Origin: Octopus bimaculoides
Lineage: Eukaryota
Length of the DNA: 64,000 nucleotides
Assembly: GCF_001194135.2 (NCBI RefSeq)
Contig: NC_068997.1
Span: forward strand, 2,203,457 to 2,267,456
Direction: 5' to 3'
In this document: positions 1 to 13,517 of the stretch, in pieces
How the letters are laid out: each line of letters opens with the position of its first letter
Numbering within the stretch: the stretch's first letter is position 1
Notes under the pieces: model-generated
The model's database searches: none
Told to the model about the DNA's origin: nothing
The model's input: the letters and a program-made list of their open reading frames with translations, nothing else
Translations under genes and position numbers: made by a program

Positions 1-41
<41 letters not shown>

Positions 42-247
42 TGCATACATATACATGCATATATATATATATGTATATATGTATGTATATGTTTGTATAT
101 ATATATGTATGTATATATATATGTATTTATATATATGTATGTATGTATGTATATGTATGTATATATATATGTATGTATATATATGTATTTATATATATAT
201 ATGTATATGTATGTATATATATGTATTTATATATATGTATGTATATG

Positions 248-297
<50 letters not shown>

Positions 298-429
298 NNN
301 NNNNNNNNNNNNNNNNNNNNNNNNNNNNNNATATATGCACACATACACAAACGAACTACACAAGTGCTTCTTAATATCGCTGGTACCACTCTGCTCCCTG
401 GAGATTGATGGTAGCTTTTATATACCTAG

Positions 430-1403
430 TCAAGAAAACTGGGGCAGTAAGGGGGTGGATGGGGTTGCAATAGATGCATCTTTACAGGTTTATTTTAATC
501 TTTGTTTTGTTTATGAAATATTAATTTCACATAATTTAACATACATTTTATGATAAACTGCTTGCTAGATATAATCACAACAATAACATATTAATAATAA
601 TAATAATTCTTTCTATTATATGCACAAGGACTGAAATTTGAGGGGAGGAGGCTAGTTGATTGCATTGACCCTAGTACTCAACTGGGACTTATTTTTATCA
701 ACCTTGAAAGGATGAAAGGCAAAGTTGGTCCTGGCAGAATTTGAACTTGGAATAATTCTGCCAGTTACCTGGTTAATAATAATAATAATCATAATAACAA
801 TAATCCTGTGTACTAAAAGCACAAGGACTGAAATTTGTGGGTAGAGGACTAGTCGATTACATCGATCCCAGCGCTTCGCTGGTACTTACGTTATCAACCC
901 CGAAAGGATGAAAGGCAAAGTTGACCGTGGCAGAATTTGAACTCGGAATGTATTGACGGACAAAATGCCACTAACCATTTTGTTTGGTGGGCTAACAATT
1001 CTGCCGGCTTGCCAGATGAATGATAATAATAATAATAAATGTGAAATGTGAAAAGTAAAGAAAAGAAAAGTGGACATATACCATCTAAGCTTATAGAATG
1101 GCACCGTGGTAAGGTGATCACCTGCATCAAACTAGTACATGGAACTAAATGCCCCTGGTCTGATATTATGTGTATGTAATTTAAAAATGGTAGGAAGGGT
1201 ATTGATTGATAGATATGTGGCATTCAATAAGTGTCAGGAATAGAAGAGCAATAATTAAGAAAGTGTTTGAGAAGCACTGCCCTATACAAATACATACAGT
1301 ACACAGATACTTATACATATATAGATTACAGACACACATATAGACTATAGGTACGTACACATATGTTGACTACAGATACATATATATATAGAGGAATTAC
1401 AAT

Positions 1404-1464
<61 letters not shown>

Positions 1465-2286
1465 NNNNNNNNNNNNNNNNNNNNNNNNNNNNNNNNNNNN
1501 NNNNNNNNNNNNNNNNNNNNNNNNNNNNNNNNNNNNNNNNNNNNNNNNNNNNNNNNNNNNNNNNNNNNNNNNNNNNNNNNNNNNNNNNNNNNNNNNNNNN
1601 NNNNNNNNNNNNNNNNNNNNNNNNNNNNNNNNNNNNNNNNNNNNNNNNNNNNNNNNNNNNNNNNNNNNNNNNNNNNNNNNNNNNNNNNNNNNNNNNNNNN
1701 NNNNNNNNNNNNNNNNNNNNNNNNNNNNNNNNNNNNNNNNNNNNNNNNNNNNNNNNNNNNNNNNNNNNNNNNNNNNNNNNNNNNNNNNNNNNNNNNNNNN
1801 NNNNNNNNNNNNNNNNNNNNNNNNNNNNNNNNNNNNNNNNNNNNNNNNNNNNNNNNNNNNNNNNNNNNNNNNNNNNNNNNNNNNNNNNNNNNNNNNNNNN
1901 NNNNNNNNNNNNNNNNNNNNNNNNNNNNNNNNNNNNNNNNNNNNNNNNNNNNNNNNNNNNNNNNNNNNNNNNNNNNNNNNNNNNNNNNNNNNNNNNNNNN
2001 NNNNNNNNNNNNNNNNNNNNNNNNNNNNNNNNNNNNNNNNNNNNNNNNNNNNNNNNNNNNNNNNNNNNNNNNNNNNNNNNNNNNNNNNNNNNNNNNNNNN
2101 NNNNNNNNNNNNNNNNNNNNNNNNNNNNNNNNNNNNNNNNNNNATACTAGCCACCTCTGATGAGCATAGGGTTATATAATCAGATTGTTATATAACACTC
2201 CATTGTACACCTAGCATGAAACCGATTGGTAAGATCAGCTGTGATGGATATATAATACTGTACACTTTGGACAATACATACATATA

Positions 2287-2322
<36 letters not shown>

Positions 2323-3192
2323 AACATGTATATATACACACACACGCACATTTTACATAAGCAGATCAACTTTACCAATGAGTAGCAATTTCAACTGAAT
2401 TTTGTTTCGTGTTTTTTCAATTTGCCTTTTTTTTTTGTCTTTTTAGTGTTTTAAAACTGTAAAATAAACTCAAGATATTTATATAGAAACTAGCCACCGT
2501 CATTGTTATCATTATCATAATAGCATTCATATCCAGTATTTTTTTCTGGGTTGGACAGGTCTATTACACATTGAATCATTCCAAGAATGAGGTGAATCAA
2601 AAGCTGAAAGCTGAATGCCAAAAAAAAAAAAAATTTTTTTTTTAAATATTCACGAGAAATTGAATTTCCTTTTGTTATTGAATTTTGATTTAAACTGTAA
2701 ATTTTAATTGCAAATTTATTCCATTCACCACCTCTCATCATAGTTTGTGAAATAATCTGTCGTAAACATGCACAAAGGTATACGCACACAAGTGTATTAC
2801 TATTAGCTTCATTTTATATACCCATACAAGTGGCTTATATTTATGTGCGTGAGTGTGTAAATATATATATGTATATATATATATATATATACATGTATGT
2901 ATATATATAAAGAGAGAAAAGGATAAATATATTTCTAGCTTTGCCATTGTTCTCTATCCTTTTCTCTCTTTATACATGCACACGCTAATACACGATCTAT
3001 GTTATAATCCCCACTCATGTTTATACAACGAATGGGGCAAAACTAGCCGGTATACAGCACTTGGTATTACTTGTATCTTTAGGGTTTGGTTGAATCCAAT
3101 ACCCTTCTTAACCTTATATATATATATATATATATATATACACCTCCTGTGCTTGTATATTTTAAGATACACACACACACACACACACACAC

Positions 3193-3229
<37 letters not shown>

Positions 3230-4359
3230 TATATATTAATATAATCTTTAAGACACACTCACACACATACATTTACACCTGTATATACTGTAATATGATT
3301 TATGTCAGACAAGTAAAAGGAAATTGATACAAATTAAGTTATTGTTAACCAACTGGAATACTAACAATGACTTTTCTGGAAATGGTATTGAATTCTGTAT
3401 CTGTGTCTAGGGATATATATATATATATATATATATATGTCTACATACATATGACATGCATGGATTATATACACTCATGCAAGCAGGTGTATGTGTGTAT
3501 CATGCAGCTTCTAATTTTGGTCGTTTGTGTTTATGTAGGGACTAGTTTTAACAGCTGGATCCCCTCTATACCATGCAAACTACACATTTTTACAGCTAGA
3601 TGCCTGCCACACTCCACTAACTAGGAGCCACAATTTTTACAGCTAGATCTCCTCCATATTTCCCTAACTTGGTACTACACATTTTAGTACCAAGTAGATG
3701 GCTGCTGTACCCCACTAACTAGAGGCTAGAGTTTTAACAGCTGGATGCCCTCTCTACACTAAATAGGGGCCACAGTTTTAAAAGCTTGATACCCTCTGTA
3801 ACACTCTAATTAAGGGCTACATTTTTAACAGCTGGATACCCACTCTACACAAAGAGCTACTGTTTTAACAGCTGGGTACCCTCTCTACACTAAATAGGAG
3901 CTAGAGTTTTACCAGCTGGATGCCTTTTGATACGAACAAAAAGCTGCAGTTTTAACAGCTAGATGCCCTTGTACCCTCTAACTACTGCTTTAACATTTGG
4001 ATGCCCTCTCTACACTAGATAGGGGTTAGTTTTAACAGCTGGATGTCCTCTGCCTTGTACTAACTCGGGGCAACAGTTGGAAACAAAGCCAAAAGTATAT
4101 ATGAGTGAGATGTAATCCTCTGTGCCAGATAGGAGCACAGAAACAACTGTCCAAGTCACACCAGCATGAAAATCTCCAAGAGGATGAAAATTGATCATGG
4201 CAGACAAAATACGACTAGTTATTTTGCCTGGCCTTCTAATGGTTCTGTCCAAGCCATGCCATTCTTTCAAATATTATTTTATTTGTTTATTTGTAGAATG
4301 TGGGTGATATATATATAATGGATTGGTGTCTTCGTAACATCTATAGTAGTCTTCCATAG
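430..4359 (+). CDS. Candidate 3' end of an unidentified convergent membrane-protein gene (putative exons 430-487, 2487-2591, 4297-4359)
   Basis: AG/GT-bounded segments splice in frame to ...QENWGSKGVDGVAIDASLQ|KLATVIVIIIIIAFISSIFFWVGQVYYTLNHSKNE|NVGDIYIMDWCLRNIYSSLP*, including one hydrophobic segment. The last acceptor is strong; the other sites are weaker. No homolog recognised. Confidence 0.33.
2152..2236 (+). ncRNA. Hammerhead motif, intact core, branched stem II, weak stem I
   Basis: CACCT-CTGATGA-GCATAGG..(GTTATATAA/TTATATAAC hairpin)..CCTAGCAT-GAAA-CCGATTGG-TA|AGATC. Confidence 0.5.
3541..4060. repeat. Minisatellite, ~12 units of ~42-45 bp, core TTTTAACAGCTGGATGCCCT
   Basis: Core recurs at ~3551, 3592, 3639, 3738, 3782, 3828, 3868, 3913, 3955, 3993, 4035. 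Confidence 0.85.
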
Positions 4360-5171
4360 ATAATGGCATTATCTGCTCATGTCATTCACAATACATTATA
4401 TATATAAATGGGTTTCTAGAAAGCTTGTAATGTTGTTGATAATGAGGAAGGGCATCTAGTTGCAGAAACCATTCTTAAAACTTAATGTTAAGAGCAAGAT
4501 GTGATCCCTTGATACATCTAGCAGAGCAATATCGCTTGATTAACAACTGAGCTGCATTGATGATCTATCCAGTCCATGACAGCATGAAAAGGGAGCATAA
4601 AACAACGGTATGTGAGTGTGGCCACATCTACATGCATACATGTCAAGGTAGGTTTAAAGTTTATTTGATTCACCGAGGAAGTTCTCAGAATATGATGCCA
4701 CACAGGGGCCACATCACCATCATCATCATCATCATCATCATGGCAGGTACATCTAGACTGAATGGGTGAGTAGTTATGGATTCACTTCAGTTCTTAAGAA
4801 TAACACGAAGGTGTTTGTGTGTGTGTTGGGTTAGGAGCAGTAATGTTAAATACTGGCTCAATTATTAATGACTGAACACTTTAGTTTTCATTATAGTTTC
4901 AAAATTATATAATTAAGACATAATTAAGAAGGAAAAGCCAAATCAATCAAAAGAACCAATCTGTCATTAGTATTTCAGTGAGTTTGTTGGTTAAAATATA
5001 TTCTACAACAAACACACAAACACACACACACACATTGGAATAACACTGTGTATAGACATAACACTGGGCTGTGTGTGTGTGTATGTATATCTATATGTTT
5101 TCAAATATATGTGTGTGCGTATGTAGGCAATAATATTGATAATAATAATAAGTCATAAGAAGTAAAGGAAT

Positions 5172-5350
5172 TGTTCCTTAGTTTATTCATTTATAAATAC
5201 AGTCTTTAAATTTTCCAAGTAAATGAAATTAAATGAAATAAAATTAAATAAAGTAGAATGATTATGTTATTTTATTTTGCGGTATTTTATTTCATTCCAT
5301 TTCATTTCTTTGGAAAATTTTAAAGATTTTTGTATATAAACTAAGGAACA
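5172..5350. repeat. Imperfect AT-rich foldback/MITE-like palindrome
   Basis: tgttccttagttta...tctttaaattttccaa...aaatgaaat mirrored by atttcattt...ttggaaaattttaaaga...taaactaaggaaca. Confidence 0.65.
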
Positions 5351-6244
5351 TTTTCTTCAATTCTTCCAACTTCTTCATTATTACTATTATTATTATTATT
5401 ATTATTACCAATATATTATTGTCATCTATTAATACTGAAGTTTTAATAAATGTATTACCATCTTATAAAATAGCAGCCAAATCTTCCTTTAAACTGTTTT
5501 AAAATGGAGTAGATGCATTACAAAATGTAGTCCTAGATACACTATCTGAAAATATAATAGGATACTCAAGGCTACAATGTTTGATCCAATGTACGTTCAC
5601 TCTGAGCTGGGATTGTGCTAATTGTTGCATATTTACTTAAGGACACAACACACCACTTAAACCACATGAATCAAACCCATGACCGTATGGTTGTGAGCTC
5701 AACACTCTAAACATTAGTCTATGTGCTTCGTGGTTGAGGTGTTAGCACATGATCATATGTATAACCTTGAACATGTATAATATATACATATATATACAAA
5801 CATATTATGTGTGCATAAATATATATATCTTCAGTATGTGTGTGTATTTGTATCGCCTTTTCACAGCCTGTTACATAATAAATGTGTGTTTATATGTATA
5901 TTATATAGCTGTGTGTGTATACAGGTACATACGAAAGTTATGAATTATTTTGTTATATTCGTATCCAGTTGCACAAGTCAACTGAGTCAGATAAAAATTG
6001 ACTCAACCATCTTCAGTGATTTTTGAAAATAGTAACATGAACAAACACTTGTAAAATATAAATTCACACTATATCCATTGCATCAGGAGCTCTTTGTTAT
6101 ATGAAACTTAGTCAATCAGTTCATATATATATATATATATATATNNNNNNNNNNNNNNNNNNNNNNNNNNNNNNNNNNNNNNNNNNNNNNNNNNNNNNNN
6201 NNNNNNNNNNNNNNNNNNNNNNNNNNNNNNNNNNNNNNNNNNNN

Positions 6245-6276
<32 letters not shown>

Positions 6277-7404
6277 GTATAAACACTCCATACACACACT
6301 CTAGGCATACATATGCATATTGTGTATGTATGTTAAATTCATTCATTCAACAAATTTTAAAATGACTTCATTTTTTTTCAACATTTATTAAAAAAAAAAG
6401 ACAGAAAAATATAAAAATGTTTACAACAAAACTGAAATAATGAATTTTTTAAATCCAAAATTTGATTAGTGCCAAATGAAAATTAAAAGAATCTCCTACA
6501 GAAATAAAAAAAGAAAGAAAGAAATTTCCAGTTTCTTAGCTGCAGCAGCAGTTTGTGAAGCTGTAGCAAATATTCTTAACTAAACCAGAGCAGCAAAGAA
6601 TTTGGTCAATTCTCAAAATGTCTTTTTTAGAATTCTCCTTTGTTTTTAATATTTCAACAAGGGGAAAGGAGGAGGAGAATATAACAAAATAAGGTAATGG
6701 GTTGTGTGCAATCTTTAGGGTTAGGGTAAGCAAAAGGTTGTTGAGCATGGAAAGAAAGGAGAAAAAATTTGGGCAACATGCTGGGGTTGTCTGTGGTGTG
6801 TAGAGGTTATGTACTGAGTTCATTCATGTGAGTATAAATTATGTAAATGAATGTGTGCTTGTTTGCATAAATTATGTTAATGTATTTTTGTATAGTTTAT
6901 GTAAAAGAATATAGATTTAGGGCATGAATTATGTAAATGAATGTGTAGATGTACATATAAATGATGTAAATTAGTCTGTGCTTGTGTGCTTAGACTTTGG
7001 AAATGAGTGTGTACATGAATAAATTATGTAAATGAAAGTATAAGTTCAGTGTGTGTGTATGTGTGTGCGACACATATATATGGGTGCAGTTATGACCCAA
7101 GTCATTAAGCTTGTTTCACAGTCATGAGGTTCCAGGTTCGATCTCAGTGAGTGATATCTTTAGGTGTTTTCCATCATAAGCTCAGTTTGAGCTAAGTTTT
7201 TGAAGAGCTGAAATCTGTATGGATTGTACCAGTAATTCTAATGTCCAGCCATGTCATGCACTGATTCTATCTAAGGCTTTATATTAAGGTATACATGTCT
7301 GGAATACTCTGCCATTTGTATTACGATATACTGAGTAGGTTGTTCAAGAATTGAACAATTGCATAGTCGCATTAATGAAACAGATGGGCAGCCATCTATT
7401 TGTT

Positions 7405-7454
<50 letters not shown>

Positions 7455-7688
7455 AAAGAAGGGTAAAAATACCGCTTGCCAAAGATGAAAGGAAAAGCTT
7501 CAAACCACTGTAGAATTGGTGGTTTTTGAAGCTTTCGCTTTCATTTTTGGCAAGCTATATTTTTACCCTTCTTTTATTCAAATATTTGACATTATACCTA
7601 TTAAGGTAGAAGTCTTGCTAACCGCCTCATTATTACTGTTTTTAAAAGCAATAATGCTTATATATATATATATATATATATATGAATA

Positions 7689-8410
7689 TATTGGGTCATC
7701 CCATAAATAATGCATCTTATTTCAGTTGCATGAACTTAAAGTCAGAGAGGGATGGGATAAACTACCTGTATCAACTTGCTATAAAAGCAGATAATTTTAC
7801 CTTGTCCTTATTCTTAGTGCAAGTTTTGAAGAGTGCATGTTGATTTTAACAGTTATTTTTACAAAGCTGTAATGTAAGTGACAAAGGAGCATATTCAGCC
7901 TGTTTTGCTTTCTGAGTTCCATAAAGTAAACAATGCAACGGAAAGTGCAAGGAATATTAATGCAGTCTATGGGGATTGGACAATAAGTGCAAGCCAGTAT
8001 CAATGGTGATTCCAGAAATTCTGAGTCGAAAACTACAGCTTAGAAGATCTGTAGAGCTCAACGAGGATGTCTTGCAAACTCTGGTGGAACAAAATCCCAT
8101 TGTAACTGTTGAGGAACTAACAGAGAAGCTTGGATTTGGCCATTCACCCATTCATTGGCACTTGCATGCCATCAGAAAAGTCAGCAAATTGGGTCAATGG
8201 ATTCCTCACAAACTTTCCAAGTCTAATTGTGTACAGAGAATGAAGGTGTGCTCTTATTTTTTCATGTTTCAGGAATGAACCTTTTTTGGACCGAATAGTG
8301 ACTGGTGATGAGAAACAGGTTCTCTATAAAAGTGTCAAACACTGAAGACAGTGGGTAGGAAAAGGTGAAACACCGGCAAAACTCTGGTTTCTGCTTGAAG
8401 CCTCTTGTGA
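7689..8410 (+). mobile_element. Decayed mariner transposon fragment
   Basis: TATTGGGTCATCCC TIR-like start; translation has HTH region, WIPHKL (WVPHEL motif) and frameshifted IVTGDEK; truncated. Confidence 0.8.
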
Positions 8411-9045
8411 TTCAAGATTGAGCCATCAGGATGGTGTTTGATACCAATGCCAATATCCTTGCCTGGGTTTTCAAATTTCAAGACATTTGTCAGCAAGGCT
8501 GAAAATATGAGGTTGGACAGAATGGGTACAAGAACATAACCCTTGCTCCCACCTGGTTTTCCTTCACACACATATATCTTCTGTGTACAGTTAGTTGTAT
8601 GACTAACTATATGTATGTATCTCATTTAATAAATGCATAAGTTGTTGGTCAGCAACTTCGAGATTTATACAATATTTAACTCTGCTTATATATGAGGCAT
8701 ATTTATGATCCGACAATCATTTAGGTTCATGTTCAGAATTACCGGATTATACAGAGTATGCATTACATAAGCACAGTCAAATATTGCACTTTACAGATGT
8801 AAAACTTGAAGTTGCTGACCCACAACTTCTACATTCAATAAATGTTGTTTCACTCTCACTGGATCGGGGTTTTATTTTTCTGTTCTTATCAAAAGTGCAT
8901 ACACATACACACATATATACACACACCTGCACATAATACATGTATACATACTCAAGTGTTTTGTTTGAATGGAATGATGAGTTTTGTTTAGCCCTAGACC
9001 AACCTTGGTTAAAGGAAACTATCATATTAGTTGTGTATGTGTGTA

Positions 9046-10196
9046 CAGGGTATTCAGGCTAAAGTTGATGATTTTTTTATGTCCCCCGTTTCTTTGTTTT
9101 TTTTTTTCCCCCCAGGAACAGTTTGATGTATTGGTAAACAGTCAATGGTGTTGGAGAGCATAAACGTTAAATGGTGTATCTGAGAAAAAATGTTTAATTG
9201 ACACAAAGGACTGGAAGCCTTCTGAATATTGGAAAAGATTTATCTGTATCCAGTTGATATGTGCTGGGTACCAAAATGCTGCTCAAAACTCTGTGAACCC
9301 TGTAAAGGCTGTAAGACAAGACATCGGTGGCTGCAATGGAGACTGCAAAGCTGTGGCCCAGGAACGAACACAGCAAGTGTTGTGGCTGCATCTGAATGTC
9401 AGGAGTCATTCAACAACTGCTGAATAAGGACCTTTGCTACCACTTGTACAAGAGGTGCCAGGAGCAATTTCTGAAAACCAAGGCCAAGGAAAGCCATTTG
9501 ATAAAGGCAAACAAGATCCTGAACAGGGCGAGGTATCCTGTTGAACCAGAGATTATTTGGTTCTTCTCAGATGGAGAGTCTTCTGCCAGGGCCAGTTGCA
9601 CAATACCCTGAACTGCAGGTAGCTTGCCTACAATCCATATGATGTCCCCCAAAATGTAATGGTCTTTGGGTGTGTCTCCAGTGACATCATGCTGCCCTAC
9701 ATTTTTGAACAGGGTCTTAGGCTCAATTCAAACAGTTATGTGAAGTTGGTGGAAACAATGGACAAATCCTGGATGGAGAGGGTTGCTACTGGGAGGCCAT
9801 ACATGTGGCAGCAGGAATTGACTCTGTACCATATTTCCAGAAAGATTCAGAAGTTGTTGTCAGAGAGAATTTCTATGACTTCACCAGTCCCAATTTCTAG
9901 ACCCTCCTAATTCCCCCCCCCCCNNNNNNNNNNCTGCAACACCAAACTAATGACCAAGATCCTGAAGGTGTTCAAAGATCTTTGCAGGGACAGAATGAGG
10001 AATGCATGCACCAGGTTCCAGAGCTGCCTTGAGGCAATGGTGGAATCTGAGGGCAGCTACTTTGAGTATAAAGTTATCTCCCAACCATAATCTAGTTGCT
10101 ATTTCTTTATTTTCTTAAAATACTTTTATTTTAGGATGGGATATTATGTCTTCTTTTCTTTCTATGCAAACTTGCAAATTTAACCTGAACATCCTG
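9046..10196 (+). mobile_element. Decayed Tc1/mariner (maT/DD37D-like) transposon, full length with TIRs
   Basis: TA-CAGGGTATTCAGGCTAAAG...TTTAACCTGAACATCCTG-TA; broken ORFs with IWFFSD, VFGCVSSD, GRPYMWQQ; DDD spacing cannot be counted. Confidence 0.82.
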
Positions 10197-11632
10197 TATA
10201 TATACATAATGTGTCCTATCCGTACGGATGGTAAGGTGTGACTTGAGGGATATTTGACCACTGTTTCTGATGGGCTATGACCATGTAAAGGGTTCTTCAC
10301 TGATTATGGTTACTATGATGGTATGGAGTGATTTCATGTTGGATGGCAGCCTACTTAGATGGTTTGATATAATGCCATGATGTAGTTTGGTGGTTTATTG
10401 TAATGTTGGTTATAGTTGGTTATAGTCTAGCTGTGTGTGAAAGACTACATTGTAGAAGTTCTGCTGGAAACAATAGTGAAATAAAAAGTGTTGACATTTC
10501 TGTGTTTGGTGGGGCTAATATTAGGGACAGAGGTTAGGGGAAGAAGACAAGCAAGCAATTAAGACAAAATGTGGAAATAAAACAGCAGCTAATTATTGCT
10601 GTTGAGGTTATGTATGTCAGCTAATGATACATCTAATTTAGAATCAAAGCATTAAGCAAATTAATTAAATAAACTTTTAGTTTCTCCATTCTCTGTATCT
10701 CTCTCTTTTAATCAAATATTTCTGAAACTGCAAACAAAATCTAAAATGTTAAAAACTTCTTTCTGTTTAAAAATTGAAAATTAAAAATAAGTTTATAATA
10801 TAATAATGGTAAGAAATGGTAAAAAATATTGAAAATAGTGAGGCACACGAAATGTCCTTGACATTTTGTTTTGTCTTATTTTTCTTTTTCCTTCTTTCCG
10901 TGGCTTAGAATAAATATGATTGGAAGTATGCCACACAAGCCAGGGTAGTGAACCACACTAATAATGAAGAAGGAATTTTATTTTTGTTTGTTTCCATCTT
11001 CAAAACTTTATGTAGTTTTAGACAGCAAACTGTGAAAAATCCTGATTAATTCTCACAAATCTTAATTAGATTTCATCATTTAACAAAACAGGGTTGGTAG
11101 GAGGGGTAAACCATGACAACTGCAGTTATCTTAGTTTGGGATGAATCTCTTTCAACAAAAGTGTCAAAATGATTTCAGTCCATTTAACTGTATCTGATAC
11201 TTGATACATATAAAATTAATTTACATGTTGAATTTGCAGCATAAGAGTTCAAATCCCAGGCTTTTAAACCTCAATCTTAACAAAGCTGCTGACATACATT
11301 TAAATCCAATCATTTATATATATTTTCTATATTTTTAAACATTTTTACATGTCCATAATTGGCATAGGAAAAAAAAAACATTAAAAAAAAATACTCAAAT
11401 ATGCTTTTGAGAATTTACATAGATGGCGATGTAATGTGCAAGAAAAGTTTTGATGAAATGACACTTGCTGCTTTGTTGCAGAAGGAAAATAAGCCCCTAG
11501 TGGCGAATGGTGAAGATCATTAAAAAGAAAAGGGGTGGGTAATTTCAAGAAATTAAGAATTAATTTCCCAGCAAATTTAATTTTCAAGTTTGGGTAGGCG
11601 GGAAATTTGATCTTTGTTATCAGGTATGATAA

Positions 11633-11673
11633 CTATGGACATGTTTCTGCCTTATTAAACCTCATCAGCAAAA
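11633..11673 (-). ncRNA. Minimal hammerhead motif 2.8 kb downstream of the myosin stop, sense strand
   Basis: Minus strand TTTTG-CTGATGA-GGTTTAATAAGGCA-GAAA-CATG-TC|CATAG; core intact, stems I and II weak (G.U pairs, one mismatch). Confidence 0.5.
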
Positions 11674-13247
11674 CAATCTTCTCAAGACTGATCAGTGGAC
11701 AGAGATATTGTTTAAATGTAGAAAAAAGTGACAAAGAACTTTTGGCCAAAATAATTTGCATAATAGCAAAAGTGAGCCAAGTAAGATAACTCAAGTGGGC
11801 CAAGGGCATGAATTCAGGTAGATGCTGATGTACTGAATGATGTACATAATTTTTTTTTTAATGAATTGAAATTTGTCTCTTAATAAGAGACAAAACAAAA
11901 AAAAAAAAGATCTCCACCTGGTGGCAATTGTTAGCAACTCTCAAAGGAAAGGGGGAGATTATTTCAATATAGGAATTTAGCTTTGAATTGAGGGAGTGCA
12001 AAAAAAAAAGTAGATAAATCTTGTTAATGAACTCTAAGGAAGACAAAGTTCTTTTTTTTCTTTTTGATTTCTCTTTTGTTTTCTGTTAATTAGTCCTTAA
12101 TTAATCAGATTTACATGATGAAAAAAAAAAAACATGAATAGTAAAATTATTGAGACAGATTTGTCTTCAAAGATTCCTTTTGAGAGATTCTTTGTCTGTG
12201 AGTAAAAATTGGTATCTGATCAGACAAATGGGTTTTCAGTTACTACATAATTATTTTGATGAGGAACCAGTGGAGTCAACTTTTTTGGTTCATTTTTATC
12301 TCAATCTTCACAACGGCAAGGAATTTAGTTCATAAATCTCAAAACCTGCAGAATGACCGGAAACAAATATAGCACAACATACATGCATATATGTACAAAT
12401 GTGTGTATACACATATATATATGCATATAAACAAATGTATGTAGATACTCTGATGGACTTTCTAATATAAAATGGATGCAAGTGATTTTGTTGACTTATT
12501 CACAAAGAATTGTGTTAATAGCACGGTAGTTCCTCTTTCTGTAAGCAATTCCATATTGGTAGAAGAGATTTCTCTCAGAACAGCCCCTATGAAAATAAAC
12601 CATATGGTTACCATGTCGTTAGTGTTTATCATCATCTTCATTATCATCAGTAGCTGATGTTTTAATTTTGTTGTTTAGTTATCCACTGAGGAAGCAGCAG
12701 ACAAGACAAGGCCTTATTAGATTAGTCTGGTCTGGTTGCTATCATTCCAAGCATTGCCAAAACGGATTAGTCCAAAATGTTTAAGGGTGACCAAGTTGTA
12801 TTGGAAATGGATGAAAACTTCAGGAAACATTACTTAACAAAAACTTGAGAAGGTGGGCATATCGATATTAATTATGTGAAATTGGTAACAAAATGAAATT
12901 AGAAATGAGAGAAAAAAAAAATCTCATAATACAGGCCAAGACACTTTGGAGTGTCCCAGCCCGAAGGTAGGAAGATGAGAAGTTCAAATCGTTGTTAGGA
13001 AAAATTGTCAAAGCTTTCAATTCTCACTTCGGATGTTGCATAAACCTGAATTAATGCAGGTTAAATAAATGATTGACATTTACATTATAGGATATGAAAA
13101 TATTTATATTCTATATGCATTTGTGTGTGTGAGCTTTTGTATACAAAATGCTTTTTGTATATAAAATATACATATATTTTGTATAGAAAATGCTTTTGTT
13201 TTGTATACATACACACATATTAAATTTATAATGTATTTGTGAATATA

Positions 13248-13301
<54 letters not shown>

Positions 13302-13481
13302 CATACATTCACACACAGAGGTCTGGATTTTAGCTTCAAACACTTTAACATAGCACAAATTAATTTATAAAATTCTATCTCACAAATTCTGGTTTTAATT
13401 AATATTTTAATATAAATGTTCAAAATAAATCTATTTCTAGAAAACCACATACTCCCTCACTCGTATGTATGTGTGTGTCTC

Positions 13482-13517
<36 letters not shown>

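Noticed and set aside
3541-4060. Repeat-spacer-like periodicity suggesting CRISPR
   Set aside because: Eukaryotic context, degenerate units, spacers related to each other, no cas genes; it is a minisatellite.
6715-6728. TTAGGG x2 telomere-like motif
   Set aside because: Two units only; expected by chance.
8679-8757. ACTCTG/CAGAGT-bounded possible decayed hammerhead
   Set aside because: Both core halves are broken (CTTATATATGA, GAAT); cannot be distinguished from chance.
10255-10305. Hammerhead-like GAAACAGTGGTC on the minus strand
   Set aside because: Core reads GTGAAGA and neither stem I nor stem II pairs convincingly.
12682-12750. CTGAGGA followed by a good hairpin
   Set aside because: No GAAA/NUH half of the hammerhead core follows.
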